Positions 55,601 through 64,000 of a DNA stretch of 64,000 nucleotides are shown here, one piece after another. Within the stretch, counting starts at the first letter, position 1. Each line of letters begins with the position of its first letter. Below the pieces are notes generated by a model, which ran no database searches, was not told where the DNA came from, and saw only the letters and a program-made list of their open reading frames with translations. The position numbers were made by a program, and so were the translations under genes. This DNA comes from an uncultured Ruficoccus sp. (GTDB lineage: Bacteria; Verrucomicrobiota; Verrucomicrobiia; Opitutales; Cerasicoccaceae), in NCBI GenBank assembly GCA_965140785.1, contig OZ223475.1:64001-128000 (forward strand). Reading direction: 5' to 3'.

Positions 55601-56150
55601 GCGTGTAGCCGATGCGGATACCCCGTATGGGGATGCGCCCGCACCCAGGAACTTCGGCAGTAGCGGGCTTCCCGCTGCACAAGGGGTAGTGGCGCCCGGT
55701 TCTTTTGGGCACGATCCGGCAGCCAACTCTTCGAGTGCAGACAGTCCTTTTCGTGCTAGCTCTAACCGCCCGACCGATGGTTTCAGCGGCCTGAACACGA
55801 ACTCAGATAATGTTGAGGATAATCCTTGGGTTGCAGGGTATGGATTGGCTTCAACAGACGCCCCTGGTTTTCTTTCGCAGATGGATATCCTGACTGCAAT
55901 TGCTCCCGTCATTACTGTGCGCTCTGATACCTTCGCAATACGCGCGTATGGAGAAATCAATAATCCTCTTACCGGGGAGATTGTCGCTCAGGCTTGTCTG
56001 GAGGCTGTTGTCCAGCGCTTGCCTGAGTATGTGGTTAGCTACGAGAACAGTCCGGACGAGTCGGGGAGCGATCTTAGTGATACGAACGCGCGGTTTGGTC
56101 GTCGCTTTGTGGTTGTTTCTTTTCGATGGCTGAATGATTCCTTACTCTAA
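52686..56150 (+). CDS. Giant PilX/GspK-like prepilin-type protein (Verrucomicrobia-type)
   Basis: RGG/FALIVALSLMAFILLLLLSL class III signal lacking Glu5; ALGELQKTAGPDQRVTA, YAYWIADEG, FNVNSTSVEAW, RGPFLSLAQFVNR, VRSDTFAIRAYG, FGRRFVVVSFRWL. Confidence 0.8.
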   Translation: MRPEDPIRKNTRQSPDRGGFALIVALSLMAFILLLLLSLSTLVNLETRTATVHKQTLEARNNALMGLRVALGELQKTAGPDQRVTARADILGPPATDWIGNRPNIENPQWTGVWRQNTANEPSDANPNPTPEPQLLTWLVSGMDGKSENELMDEVESDLNRNSTTFDFHASGCAQVLVPHDGEGGVVVPVVRVGDGGYAYWIADEGVKANAARIDDLHGETNTSSHGYAVRATVGQRFGIENVGMAPGGSRYGDLYPINNTMAGNVCVFSELSLLSDAPNAASEALKNHRHDLTVYSKGLLTDAWNGGFKVDLSRGLDDDPLTGDLYTAASRPAWDDKPVPQWELFRDFYSMPSQVSGGSISVRTPTDTSVGTYPIIVRANLYSGIYLEATKYDAAGDPEEYQLYLSFWVGFSMWNPYNVSLNAQNYVFSINPFAYTTNLTLPNGDNVNITIPYSVSDGTGTWSTQIRFATAEPVGFAPGEVKVFSTQPGSAASSAPGSPYIVDANGDQWYAGLSDEAKCVRSGYDEEEMILLKITRDGNPASFDGILTKAQMTSSGGAPRFTIRQRGAPSLMVYDASGHYINSLVMGYDVTTTTTAYLGNNGAISCSGGPMESRREGTYRLLADLNIRAIPDSTFSEYQVGQSPAIIAAGRSWAGSSVTANYPIATNGAGNGYWGRSDAANGGQTSVVMFDLPKEPLLSLGQLQHLDLRPGWYQNNTAARGTVYNREDSNVPSFQVGNSRANMWTEVDQRDFVYRINEALWDSYFFSGIPSAYTDWEDPLPNPRIQVWDFDSGVADDLADINSRDAAASKLVIDAPFNVNSTSVEAWKALLSSMGGFIDSPDDAAETLDAPFVGISWEPGMEGLESTEMGTGNVDRLYNGYRSLTEDELQSLAERVVEEVKVRGPFLSLAQFVNRTLENKDTRLPGNGDMSLNYGEWVGDRHDSRLKGTLQAANDATDTDDDGAPDINEIVRVADADTPYGDAPAPRNFGSSGLPAAQGVVAPGSFGHDPAANSSSADSPFRASSNRPTDGFSGLNTNSDNVEDNPWVAGYGLASTDAPGFLSQMDILTAIAPVITVRSDTFAIRAYGEINNPLTGEIVAQACLEAVVQRLPEYVVSYENSPDESGSDLSDTNARFGRRFVVVSFRWLNDSLL

Positions 56151-56911
56151 TGCGAACTATTCATATACATTTATTGTTCTTCCTTTCCCTGTGTCTTATG
56201 GGAACATATACGCAAGACGTTTCTGCACAAGTGCGACAGGAACGCTCTCTGGCTTTTCGTACTTTAGGCTGGGGTGGGCCAGTATCTGATATCTTTTACA
56301 GACATGATGGAAATTATGTTCCTGTTGCTGTAATCGATAGTCAGTTCTCTGGTTATTATTCTGCGGAGAATTTCCCGATGCTTGATTTATATTTACGTAG
56401 GGTAGAAGAGGACGGAGAAACTGCTTATGTCCCATTTCAGAAGGTTCCTGTCCCCGCTGATGCAACTGAGATATTACTTGTTTTCACTCGTAATGATGAG
56501 GGTGAGGTCCGAGTTTTAGGTTACGATGAATCCTTTTCTAAATTCAGTGACAAAGGACTCCTGCTGTTGAATTTATCCCTTCAGCCTGTAGCAATACAAG
56601 TTGATGAAGATCAGCGTTTCGGGCTCAAGCCAGGAGCGTACCATCTCACTAATGAAAAAGACCGGCATGCAACGGTTCAGATGGCGGTTTTTAGAGATGA
56701 TGGTTGGAAGCTTGATTTCAAGACCAGGCTGCGCACACGACAGGGCAAGCGGTATCTGATTATCCTCCGGGAGTCGCCGGTGCCAGGCGTGGAAAAAATC
56801 GAACCAATCGTTGTTGCAGAAGACATTAATTTTTTGTCAATTATGCTTAAGAGCGCAGACAACTCAATAGGGACGGGCGCCCTTCCTGATGATGCGGTGA
56901 GCTATAGGTAA
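56150..56911 (+). CDS. Hypothetical exported protein, coupled to the PilX-like gene
   Basis: TAATG overlap; signal peptide; beta-rich. Confidence 0.8.
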   Translation: MRTIHIHLLFFLSLCLMGTYTQDVSAQVRQERSLAFRTLGWGGPVSDIFYRHDGNYVPVAVIDSQFSGYYSAENFPMLDLYLRRVEEDGETAYVPFQKVPVPADATEILLVFTRNDEGEVRVLGYDESFSKFSDKGLLLLNLSLQPVAIQVDEDQRFGLKPGAYHLTNEKDRHATVQMAVFRDDGWKLDFKTRLRTRQGKRYLIILRESPVPGVEKIEPIVVAEDINFLSIMLKSADNSIGTGALPDDAVSYR

Positions 56912-57068
56912 TGAGAGTGCTTAAGAAAGTGCGTTAAGGGGTGATTGTGGGATTTTTTAGCTCAAAAACCATTAAAAGGGCTATTTGGATTGGCGCAGTA
57001 GCATCTCTTTGTGGATAAGGCAATTATCGTAATATAGCTTACTTGGTGAGGTTATTGTTGATTTAGTA

Positions 57069-57106
57069 GCTTGACAATTCCATTTAAATAATATCTTCTG
57101 AAAGAA
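57069..57106 (+). promoter_or_regulatory. Conserved promoter/operator motif, copy 2
   Basis: GCTTGACA-N14-ATATCTTCTGAAAGAA upstream of the PEP-CTERM gene. Confidence 0.7.
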
Positions 57107-57153
57107 TAGAAAATATCTAAATCAACGCACGAAAAAAGTTAAAAAGCAAAACC

Positions 57154-57984
57154 ATGAAAAACCCTATATTCAAATACTCACTTGCTGCTGGTCTTTTGCT
57201 CAGTGCATGTACTCTATCGGCGCAAATTATAGCTAACGGCGATTTTGAAAGCTGGGGTGCCACGACTGGTACTCCTCCAGAAGGTCTGCCCACGTCCTGG
57301 GCAGGAAACAATGTTATCCAGAGCGAAGGTCTCGCCAGTGGATCGACTTATTCTGCGACTTTCCATAATTCAACACAGTTGTATCAGAATATTTCTGAGG
57401 CATCGGCGGGTGATGATTTTAAATTGGGATTCACATTTGCGATGATAGAGCCTCAGGTTGCGGCAACATCCTTCCGGACATTGGCAACAGTTTCTCTGCG
57501 CCAAAGAAATGCAAATGGTACGTTTGCGCAGCTGGACTGGATCAGCTTCCGGGTCGCTGACTATGGTAGTGGTAACTTGACGCTAAGCGTGCGGGATGGA
57601 GCAAACACACAGTGGGTAACTGTGACCAGTGACATTGATTACTCTACTTATGACAACGTGACGGGGGAATTCACAAGCCTTTCCTCGTATACTGTAGAAG
57701 CAGTGTATGATGCCAGCGAAAACACGTATGACATCTATTTTGGACTGGCAGGCAGCGAGCTCTCTCTTGTTTTCGACAATATCTCCTATTTTTATAATTC
57801 AACTACAGGTGGTGGTCTATCTCAGATGTACATGTATGCTAGCGGAAACGCAACGGATGCGCCATACCCATTTGCGATTGATGACGTTCAGGTCGAGTTG
57901 ATTCCTGAGCCGAGCCAATCGATCATCTACATCGGGTTACTTAGCATTCTCGCTCTGATCGGTTTTAAAAAGCATAAGAAGTAA
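57154..57984 (+). CDS. PEP-CTERM sorting domain surface protein
   Basis: Signal peptide, IANGDFE (CBM4/9-like start), C-terminal IPEPS, TM helix and KKHKK. Confidence 0.9.
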   Translation: MKNPIFKYSLAAGLLLSACTLSAQIIANGDFESWGATTGTPPEGLPTSWAGNNVIQSEGLASGSTYSATFHNSTQLYQNISEASAGDDFKLGFTFAMIEPQVAATSFRTLATVSLRQRNANGTFAQLDWISFRVADYGSGNLTLSVRDGANTQWVTVTSDIDYSTYDNVTGEFTSLSSYTVEAVYDASENTYDIYFGLAGSELSLVFDNISYFYNSTTGGGLSQMYMYASGNATDAPYPFAIDDVQVELIPEPSQSIIYIGLLSILALIGFKKHKK

Positions 57985-58078
57985 CCGTAAGGCCGTACTT
58001 CTTGCGCTTGCTTGATAGCTGAGTGGTTCTCCACGCAGACCTGCACCCTGTTTTGAGTCGAGGTCTGTTCTTCTTAAT

Positions 58079-58150
58079 AATACGCATATACCGAGCAGGT
58101 TTAGTGCTAGTATTCTGAATATGAGTACAGCCTGCTCGGTCGTGTGTATT
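58079..58150 (+). other. Long (about 72 nt) intergenic hairpin
   Basis: AATACGCAT/GTGTGTATT, ACCGAGCAGG/CCTGCTCGGT, GTGCT/AGTAC, TATTC/GAATA. Confidence 0.6.
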
Positions 58151-58197
58151 TATGTTTATATTTCTAGACTATAATTAGCCTAAATTATGGCTTTGTT

Positions 58198-59718
58198 ATG
58201 AATCCAAATCGTACCAATACGATACCCGATGACGAGCGTATCCCTTTCTTTCAAAAACTGGCATTTGCTACCGGTGTCAATATGGATTATTCCGTAACCG
58301 GTATGCTAAAAGGGGTGCTGTGGATGCCCGTCTTCAATATCGGTTTTGGAATTAGTCCGATCACTCTGGGGATTGTCATGATGATATTTCGTGGGTGGGA
58401 TGCCTTTACAGATCCGCTGATGGGGAATATCTCTGATAACACACACACGCGTTGGGGGCGTCGTCGTCCTTACATGTTTATCGGGGCATTCGCTACGGTT
58501 TTACTGTATCCTTTGTTTTGGTTCATGCCTATCGAGTGGTCTTCATCGGCCAAGTCGATCTACCTGACATTCTCGGGCATCCTCTTTTTTACAGCCTTTA
58601 CGTCCTGGTCGATGCCATACTACGGCATGCAGCTAGAGTTGACGCCCAACTATGATGAGCGTTCTCGTTTGACGGCATGGATGGCTTTTTTTACGAAGGC
58701 ATTTTACCTTGGGGCAGGGTGGTTGCTGCCGCTTGTTATGGTTGTCGGAGCCTTGGCTATCGGCCACCCGGAAGATAATGTTGGAAAAGGTGCTTTTTTT
58801 GCTGACTTTCTTGCGCCTCTGCAATCCTGGTTCTCCTCTTTTCCTGGAATCTCTCCTGACCTGCCGCCTATTGTCGCAGGGATTCGCATCGTATGCTGGT
58901 TGATTATGCTCATTTCGTTGTGCTTTGGTTTGCTTCCAGCGCTATTTACAAAGGAGCGCTACTACCAGTCTTTGACCAAGAAGCAGAAACGTGAGCCATT
59001 TTGGCAAAGTATTCGTGAGACGCTTTCGTGTAAGCCGCTGTGGATACTTATCGCGGCGTCATTTTTGTTATCATTCGGCTTACAGTCGATTAGCACTTTA
59101 GGCCAGTATGTGAACTTTTATTACGTCAATCATGGGGACTTGACGACAGGTGCCTTTATCGCGGGTTGGAAAAACACGGTAGCGGTTGCACTTGGTTTCT
59201 TATGCTTGCCCATTTTAGTGAAGCTGGGCGAGAGATTTGATAAGATTAATATCGCCCTGGCAGTACTGATTATAGCTACGCTCATGCATGCGATGGGGTA
59301 CTTCCTCATCACTCCTGATTATCCTTACCTTCAGATTGCGAATGGCGTTGTCGAAACCAGTGCGTTGGGCGCGTTTTATATGTTTCTTCCTTCAATGAAG
59401 GCTGACGTGTCTGATTACGATGAGTATATAACCGGCCGACGCCGAGAGGGTGCTATTAACGCTTTTTATTCTTGGTTCGTTAAAGTAGCAGGAACGATGG
59501 CAGTAGGGGTTGGGGGCGTCGTTTTGGAGCTGTCTGGCTTTGATGCTACGATTGGAGATCAGCCTCAGTCGGTTCTTAACCGTATGTTTATTATGTACTT
59601 GTGCATTCCCATTCTTATTTGGGTTAGCGCAATTGCTGTCCTGTGGCGCTTCCCTTTGAATCGAGAGCGTGCCAGACAGATCCGTTTGGAGCTCGAGCAA
59701 CGGCGAGGGAAAGCCTGA
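58198..59718 (+). CDS. MFS glycoside-pentoside-hexuronide (MelB-like) sugar symporter
   Basis: WDAFTDPLMGNISD.T.TRWGRRRPY, ELTPNYDERSRL, ADVSDYDE..TGRRREG. Confidence 0.93.
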   Translation: MNPNRTNTIPDDERIPFFQKLAFATGVNMDYSVTGMLKGVLWMPVFNIGFGISPITLGIVMMIFRGWDAFTDPLMGNISDNTHTRWGRRRPYMFIGAFATVLLYPLFWFMPIEWSSSAKSIYLTFSGILFFTAFTSWSMPYYGMQLELTPNYDERSRLTAWMAFFTKAFYLGAGWLLPLVMVVGALAIGHPEDNVGKGAFFADFLAPLQSWFSSFPGISPDLPPIVAGIRIVCWLIMLISLCFGLLPALFTKERYYQSLTKKQKREPFWQSIRETLSCKPLWILIAASFLLSFGLQSISTLGQYVNFYYVNHGDLTTGAFIAGWKNTVAVALGFLCLPILVKLGERFDKINIALAVLIIATLMHAMGYFLITPDYPYLQIANGVVETSALGAFYMFLPSMKADVSDYDEYITGRRREGAINAFYSWFVKVAGTMAVGVGGVVLELSGFDATIGDQPQSVLNRMFIMYLCIPILIWVSAIAVLWRFPLNRERARQIRLELEQRRGKA

Positions 59719-59892
59719 GGCAACTTGTTACTCGGGGCATTGGAGGATGATGAATCGTATGGTCAATGGAGCTCAATGCGGGTAGCTTTCGTTCACATCT
59801 TTTGGACATGCCAATTTTTCATCTTGTGGTCGCATTTGTACTTGTGGATTACCTTTAAATCGTTGGATAAAAATTTCATATAACAACTTATC

Positions 59893-62337
59893 GTGAAGCT
59901 TAAAAATGTTACACTAGAGCTCAGCTCGAAGCCTTTTTTTGACGACACACCGGAGATGATGGAGTGTGTCTGTCGTACGATGTTCCAACAGTGGGGGAAT
60001 CTGACGAAGCATGCCGATCAGGTATCGGTTTTGTTATGGATTGCCGATGGCAGTGAGATCCTAGAATACACCGGAGATCTGGAACAAGTCTTTGAGTGGG
60101 CCTACTGGTGCGGATGTGCAAACCCCATTCCGGCTCGCGGCAATGAGACGGATCGTGAAAAAATCAATACGCACTATTTCCCCAAAAAATACCGTGAGAA
60201 CGCCCGTCCAAGAACTTACGCTTGGCTCAGAGAGCTGATTGTCGTGATCAAGCGTGTTGGATTGGGAATGCTCGGTAAGCCAATTCGTGTTGGGGCTATC
60301 TTTGATAATGGACCTGAGTTTGCTATATCGAATTTCAAATATAAAAAGCATCCGGAAATTGCGCAGGCAGACACTATTTTCAAAGGCAGTTTTGTGACTT
60401 GCAACTCGACCTTGCATTACGATCCACAGCCCTATGCCGCATTTTCGGGCGGGGTCCCGAAGGGGACGACGCTGGGAGATTTTCTCGGTGCGCAGTTCAA
60501 GCTCTTTGCTCAGGACATGGGCTATGATTACATCTGGCTTTCCAATGGAATGGGCTTTGGGACTGAAACTTGGGGTATCAAGGGCGCACTTTTTGACAAG
60601 TCTTCTTTTTATCCGGAAAAAGCAGATGAGGCGGCTGGAACGATGCTACAGTTTTGGCGGGATTTTACCCGCCACTGGCCGGCAGATAAGATAGAAACAC
60701 GCGGCAGCAATTTTTCGGCCGGAGTGGAACTGGCTTCCGATGCGGCTCCTTTGAAAGAACTCTACGAAGAGTTCAAGATTGTTCCGCCGGTGAATTCACC
60801 ATGGGCAGCGCTCAATTTTAATAGTGGTCTGGAGTTGGCGGCCTGGATGTCACATGTAGCTGTGCTGCCCGGAGATACGTTCCCATACCGCTTTTATCCT
60901 CATGATCCGTGGTTTATGAATAGTCCATGGCTGGACAGATACGGACGTGAGCCTTGGGATATCTACCTGCCTTTGGGGGTAAGTCGAATAGACGAGAAGG
61001 GCCAAACATGGGCACCGAACAGCGTGGCGTTCCTGACAATTGATGACACGCTCGGGCGTATGCCGGATCAGGTTCCGGAGGAAGTCATTCCGCACATTAA
61101 ACAAGCCTTACGCCATGCACCTGATAGGCCAGGTCCATTTGTATGGCTGTACCCATTTTTCGAATACAGTGAAATGGTGCGAGGCGTGAAACGTCGCCCC
61201 GATATTGTTTTCAACGAGGATATGTTTCTTGGCGAAGCGATTCAGCAGGGTATCCCTCTCAATACAGTTGTAAGTACCGACAACTTTCGTACTTTGATGG
61301 CACAGGGATCGAATCTTTTGGGGGCTGCTGTTATCGTTGCACCAGTTTCATCCTATGCGTCCGTGGAGTCTTTTATTGGCCGAGGAGGGCAGGTTTTGTT
61401 TTATGGTTCGCTTGCTGATGCACCAGAGGAATTGCTTAAGACGCTTGGTCTGAGAAATACATATGCGATCTCGGGTGACTTTGACATAGCATGCTCCGAC
61501 GAAGACGATCAGTGCCTTAATGGCGGTTTTGCCACGTGTATTCATGTGCACGAGCAATTCTCTGGGGGAGGGCTTACAGAGGTAATTGATGCTCAGGATG
61601 GCTCGGTGATAGAACTCGCACGTGCGGATTCGAAACATTTTGGGGAGTCTAGAACCATCGCAATGGTTCGGCATCTTTCGAATAGGCAGAGGGTCGGTTT
61701 CGTTCGTAGTTTACTGCCATCGGATAGCGTGATTAATAGCGATTCCATTCGATTCGATTATGCGGGAAAAGATTTAGTATATCCCGTCGAAAAGCTTATG
61801 CGCAATGCGCTGGCTCAGTTTGGTTGGAATATCCGCTATGAGATCTACAAAGCTAGGGATACTTTTCCTCGCTTGTGTGTTTCACGACACAACAATGCTT
61901 TTTATTTTTCAGTTTTTGCCCCCAACACAGGGGCTAAAATCGAAATATCAACGCCATACGGAGCGCCGATTTTGGATGAATTGGAGACTTTGGTATCTGG
62001 TGATGTGACACATTGGTACCCGGGAAAATCATGGCACAAGGAGTGCCGCTGCTTTATCCGTCAGAATGGGGAAGGCATGGTGAGCTGTAAAATCATGATG
62101 GCGGCCTATCCCGAATACCAGGAGCGCCGGTGCTATTTTGACCTCAAGGATGCTGATGTGGTCTTCTTTCCGCCAGAAGAGTCCATGGAGCGTTTTGAAA
62201 TGGTACAGACGGGTTCGCGTTCGATCGTGGAAGGTGTTCTCTCGGAGATTCCGTTGGACTATGAACTGAAGAAAGATTCTAATGGTGCTCAAGTGGTGGT
62301 TCGTGGGGTCACGGGTAATCTTTGCGTATCCTGGTAA
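59893..62337 (+). CDS. Hypothetical protein (814 aa), possible carbohydrate-active enzyme
   Basis: Long clean ORF in a sugar locus; aromatic/acidic motifs FDNGPEF, GYDYIWLSNG, ETRG, RFYPHDPWF.NSPWLDRY; no signal peptide. Confidence 0.75.
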   Translation: MKLKNVTLELSSKPFFDDTPEMMECVCRTMFQQWGNLTKHADQVSVLLWIADGSEILEYTGDLEQVFEWAYWCGCANPIPARGNETDREKINTHYFPKKYRENARPRTYAWLRELIVVIKRVGLGMLGKPIRVGAIFDNGPEFAISNFKYKKHPEIAQADTIFKGSFVTCNSTLHYDPQPYAAFSGGVPKGTTLGDFLGAQFKLFAQDMGYDYIWLSNGMGFGTETWGIKGALFDKSSFYPEKADEAAGTMLQFWRDFTRHWPADKIETRGSNFSAGVELASDAAPLKELYEEFKIVPPVNSPWAALNFNSGLELAAWMSHVAVLPGDTFPYRFYPHDPWFMNSPWLDRYGREPWDIYLPLGVSRIDEKGQTWAPNSVAFLTIDDTLGRMPDQVPEEVIPHIKQALRHAPDRPGPFVWLYPFFEYSEMVRGVKRRPDIVFNEDMFLGEAIQQGIPLNTVVSTDNFRTLMAQGSNLLGAAVIVAPVSSYASVESFIGRGGQVLFYGSLADAPEELLKTLGLRNTYAISGDFDIACSDEDDQCLNGGFATCIHVHEQFSGGGLTEVIDAQDGSVIELARADSKHFGESRTIAMVRHLSNRQRVGFVRSLLPSDSVINSDSIRFDYAGKDLVYPVEKLMRNALAQFGWNIRYEIYKARDTFPRLCVSRHNNAFYFSVFAPNTGAKIEISTPYGAPILDELETLVSGDVTHWYPGKSWHKECRCFIRQNGEGMVSCKIMMAAYPEYQERRCYFDLKDADVVFFPPEESMERFEMVQTGSRSIVEGVLSEIPLDYELKKDSNGAQVVVRGVTGNLCVSW

Positions 62338-62656
62338 CAATCAGCTTGTAGATTGCAACACATCAACTGCTGGCACCGTTCTCTTTGGTGCAAGCAGTTT
62401 TCAGGGGGGGTGAATCGAGCTTGTTGAGTGAGAGTGGACTTTGGGCAGGGAACCGGCATTTCATTGTCGTAAATTGGAATGCTTGACCTCTGCACCTCTT
62501 TATTTATTACACCAACGCATGACTCTGGTTGGTAAAAAGTTGATGCAACGGATTGGATGACCCGTCCACGAATCCTGCATGCTCAGTAGAAGAACTCTAC
62601 CAGATAAAGTGCATGGGGTGGTATTAGACCTTGGTACCCTCAATTCTTGAAACTGC

Positions 62657-64000
62657 CTAGCCGACGGCACGAAGTTGTACCAGTCTGCAATCGAAATCGC
62701 CAAATAGATCAACGCGTAGACCGAGGGACATCCAAGCGTTTCCCGTGCGAGTCATAGGCATTTGAGGGGTAGCGTCTGCCTGGTCCAGGTCTTCGGGGGT
62801 TGTCAAAATTACCTGAGCTTCATAATGCTTGTCGGCGTTGAGGCCGGAGAGGCGAACAGGTGACAACTTCCTGAAAAACTGAAGACCGTGACTGAAGAAG
62901 AATACAAGTGCTTCAGTCTTGTCGGCAGATACAAATTGGAAGGCGGCGAAGCGTTCCTCATCCAGACTCACGAGACGATGGAAGCTGCCGAATTTTTCCT
63001 GGGTGATCGGGCGAACCTGTTGCCTGAACAAGTCCGTGTAGCCGCGGAGTTCTTGCAGTTCTTCTTCGGTGCACTCTGGTAATTTTTTGCCAATGGAGAG
63101 CGAGCCCATCATGCCGACTAATGCCTGGAAAGTATTCGGCGGTTGACGGTGGTTGAGGAAGGTCATGCCATCGCTAATATTGCATCCTCCTCCAGCCAGA
63201 CGGGGGTGGTGCATGAGTGTGTACCCAGCGTGCATGCACAACGCGTCCAGGGCGTCCTGATTGTCGCTGCGATTCATGCGCCCAAAGTAACGATTCATGC
63301 CATAGTCTGAACGGCCTGCTCCTGATGCACAGTTCTCCATCAGAACATCGGGATGCTTGCTGGATATTTGCTCAAAGACTCGGTAAATGTTTCTCGTGTA
63401 GCGCACCCATATCTCCTGGCGTTTCACGGGAGCGACTTCGGGCCAGCCCGGCTCGCTGAACAGGTAGTTCATGTCGAGTTTTAGATAGCGGATGCCGGTT
63501 TCGTGGATGAGTGTGTCTATTTGCTGGATGAAGTAGTCGGCGACTTCGTCGATCGCGAAGTTCAGTAGGGCGCTATAGCGGTCCACGTCGGGACGATAAT
63601 GGGTGTGGGGCTCGCGACCCGGAAGGCGCATTAGCCATTCTGGGTGTGCCTTGTGGAGGTGACCGTTGATTTCACAAGACTCAATTTCGATCCAAAGGCC
63701 CAGTTCTATTCCGCGTTCACGCGTGAGTTCGATAATCGGTTTTAATCCATTGGGAAATTTAATAGCATCCGGGGTCCAGTCTCCGAGAGATGTCTGCCAA
63801 CCGTCGTCAATGACGAGTAGCTCCGCGCCAATCCGTGAGGCCCTGTCTGACAAGTTTAGCAGGTTGGCTTCATTGACGTCGGTGCCATAGCTGGCCCACG
63901 TATTGACGATAATCGGTGTGGGACGACCTATTTGGTCGGCGGGCAGAACGTGGTGCAGTTGGTATTGGTGAAGGACATTGCCCGCGCCATTGAAGCCTGA
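62657..64000 (-). CDS. Alpha-galactosidase, GH36 (5' part outside the window)
   Basis: PIIVNTW, LLVIDDGW, GDW.PD..KFPNGL, GLWIE, YLKLDMN, ENCASGAGR, SDNQD; frame open to the window edge. Confidence 0.92.
   Translation of the reverse strand, partial: SGFNGAGNVLHQYQLHHVLPADQIGRPTPIIVNTWASYGTDVNEANLLNLSDRASRIGAELLVIDDGWQTSLGDWTPDAIKFPNGLKPIIELTRERGIELGLWIEIESCEINGHLHKAHPEWLMRLPGREPHTHYRPDVDRYSALLNFAIDEVADYFIQQIDTLIHETGIRYLKLDMNYLFSEPGWPEVAPVKRQEIWVRYTRNIYRVFEQISSKHPDVLMENCASGAGRSDYGMNRYFGRMNRSDNQDALDALCMHAGYTLMHHPRLAGGGCNISDGMTFLNHRQPPNTFQALVGMMGSLSIGKKLPECTEEELQELRGYTDLFRQQVRPITQEKFGSFHRLVSLDEERFAAFQFVSADKTEALVFFFSHGLQFFRKLSPVRLSGLNADKHYEAQVILTTPEDLDQADATPQMPMTRTGNAWMSLGLRVDLFGDFDCRLVQLRAVG

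Overview
Bacterial chromosome window, most likely Verrucomicrobiota/Opitutales. This is inferred from a PEP-CTERM protein, a Verrucomicrobia-type giant PilX-like protein and the integrase motif style. 1-6.5 kb and 12.5-26.1 kb are GC-rich core genes (Ski2-like helicase, GlmU-like LbH protein, hisN, DEDDh exonuclease, aroC, OlsF-like acyltransferase, MscK-like channel, AraC plus GH38 alpha-mannosidase) with tRNA-Leu(CAG), tRNA-Gln(CTG) and tmRNA. Four accessory parts stand out. (1) A 5.96 kb element integrated in the 3' end of tRNA-Leu (17-bp att repeats at 6520 and 12464) with integrase, Xis-like HTH, a replication initiator containing iteron-like repeats, a HigBA2-like TA pair, orphan cargo and two oppositely oriented cos-like sequences, but no virion genes: a candidate PICI-like phage satellite. 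(2) An isolated three-gene phage-like regulatory switch beside aroC. (3) Downstream of tmRNA, a truncated dynamin-like GTPase gene joined by an IS3 element without target duplication to a headless siphophage/GTA-type tail-tip and holin module carrying an AbrB-Doc TA. (4) From 38.8 kb to the window end, a carbohydrate-utilisation island: two DUF5107-TPR paralogues each next to an AraC paralogue, aldose epimerase, clan-A glycosidase, PilX-like protein plus partner, PEP-CTERM protein, GPH sugar symporter, an unknown 814-aa protein and a partial GH36. Two of its promoters share an identically spaced motif. No CRISPR array or rRNA was seen. All functional calls come from motif recognition by eye, with no database searches.
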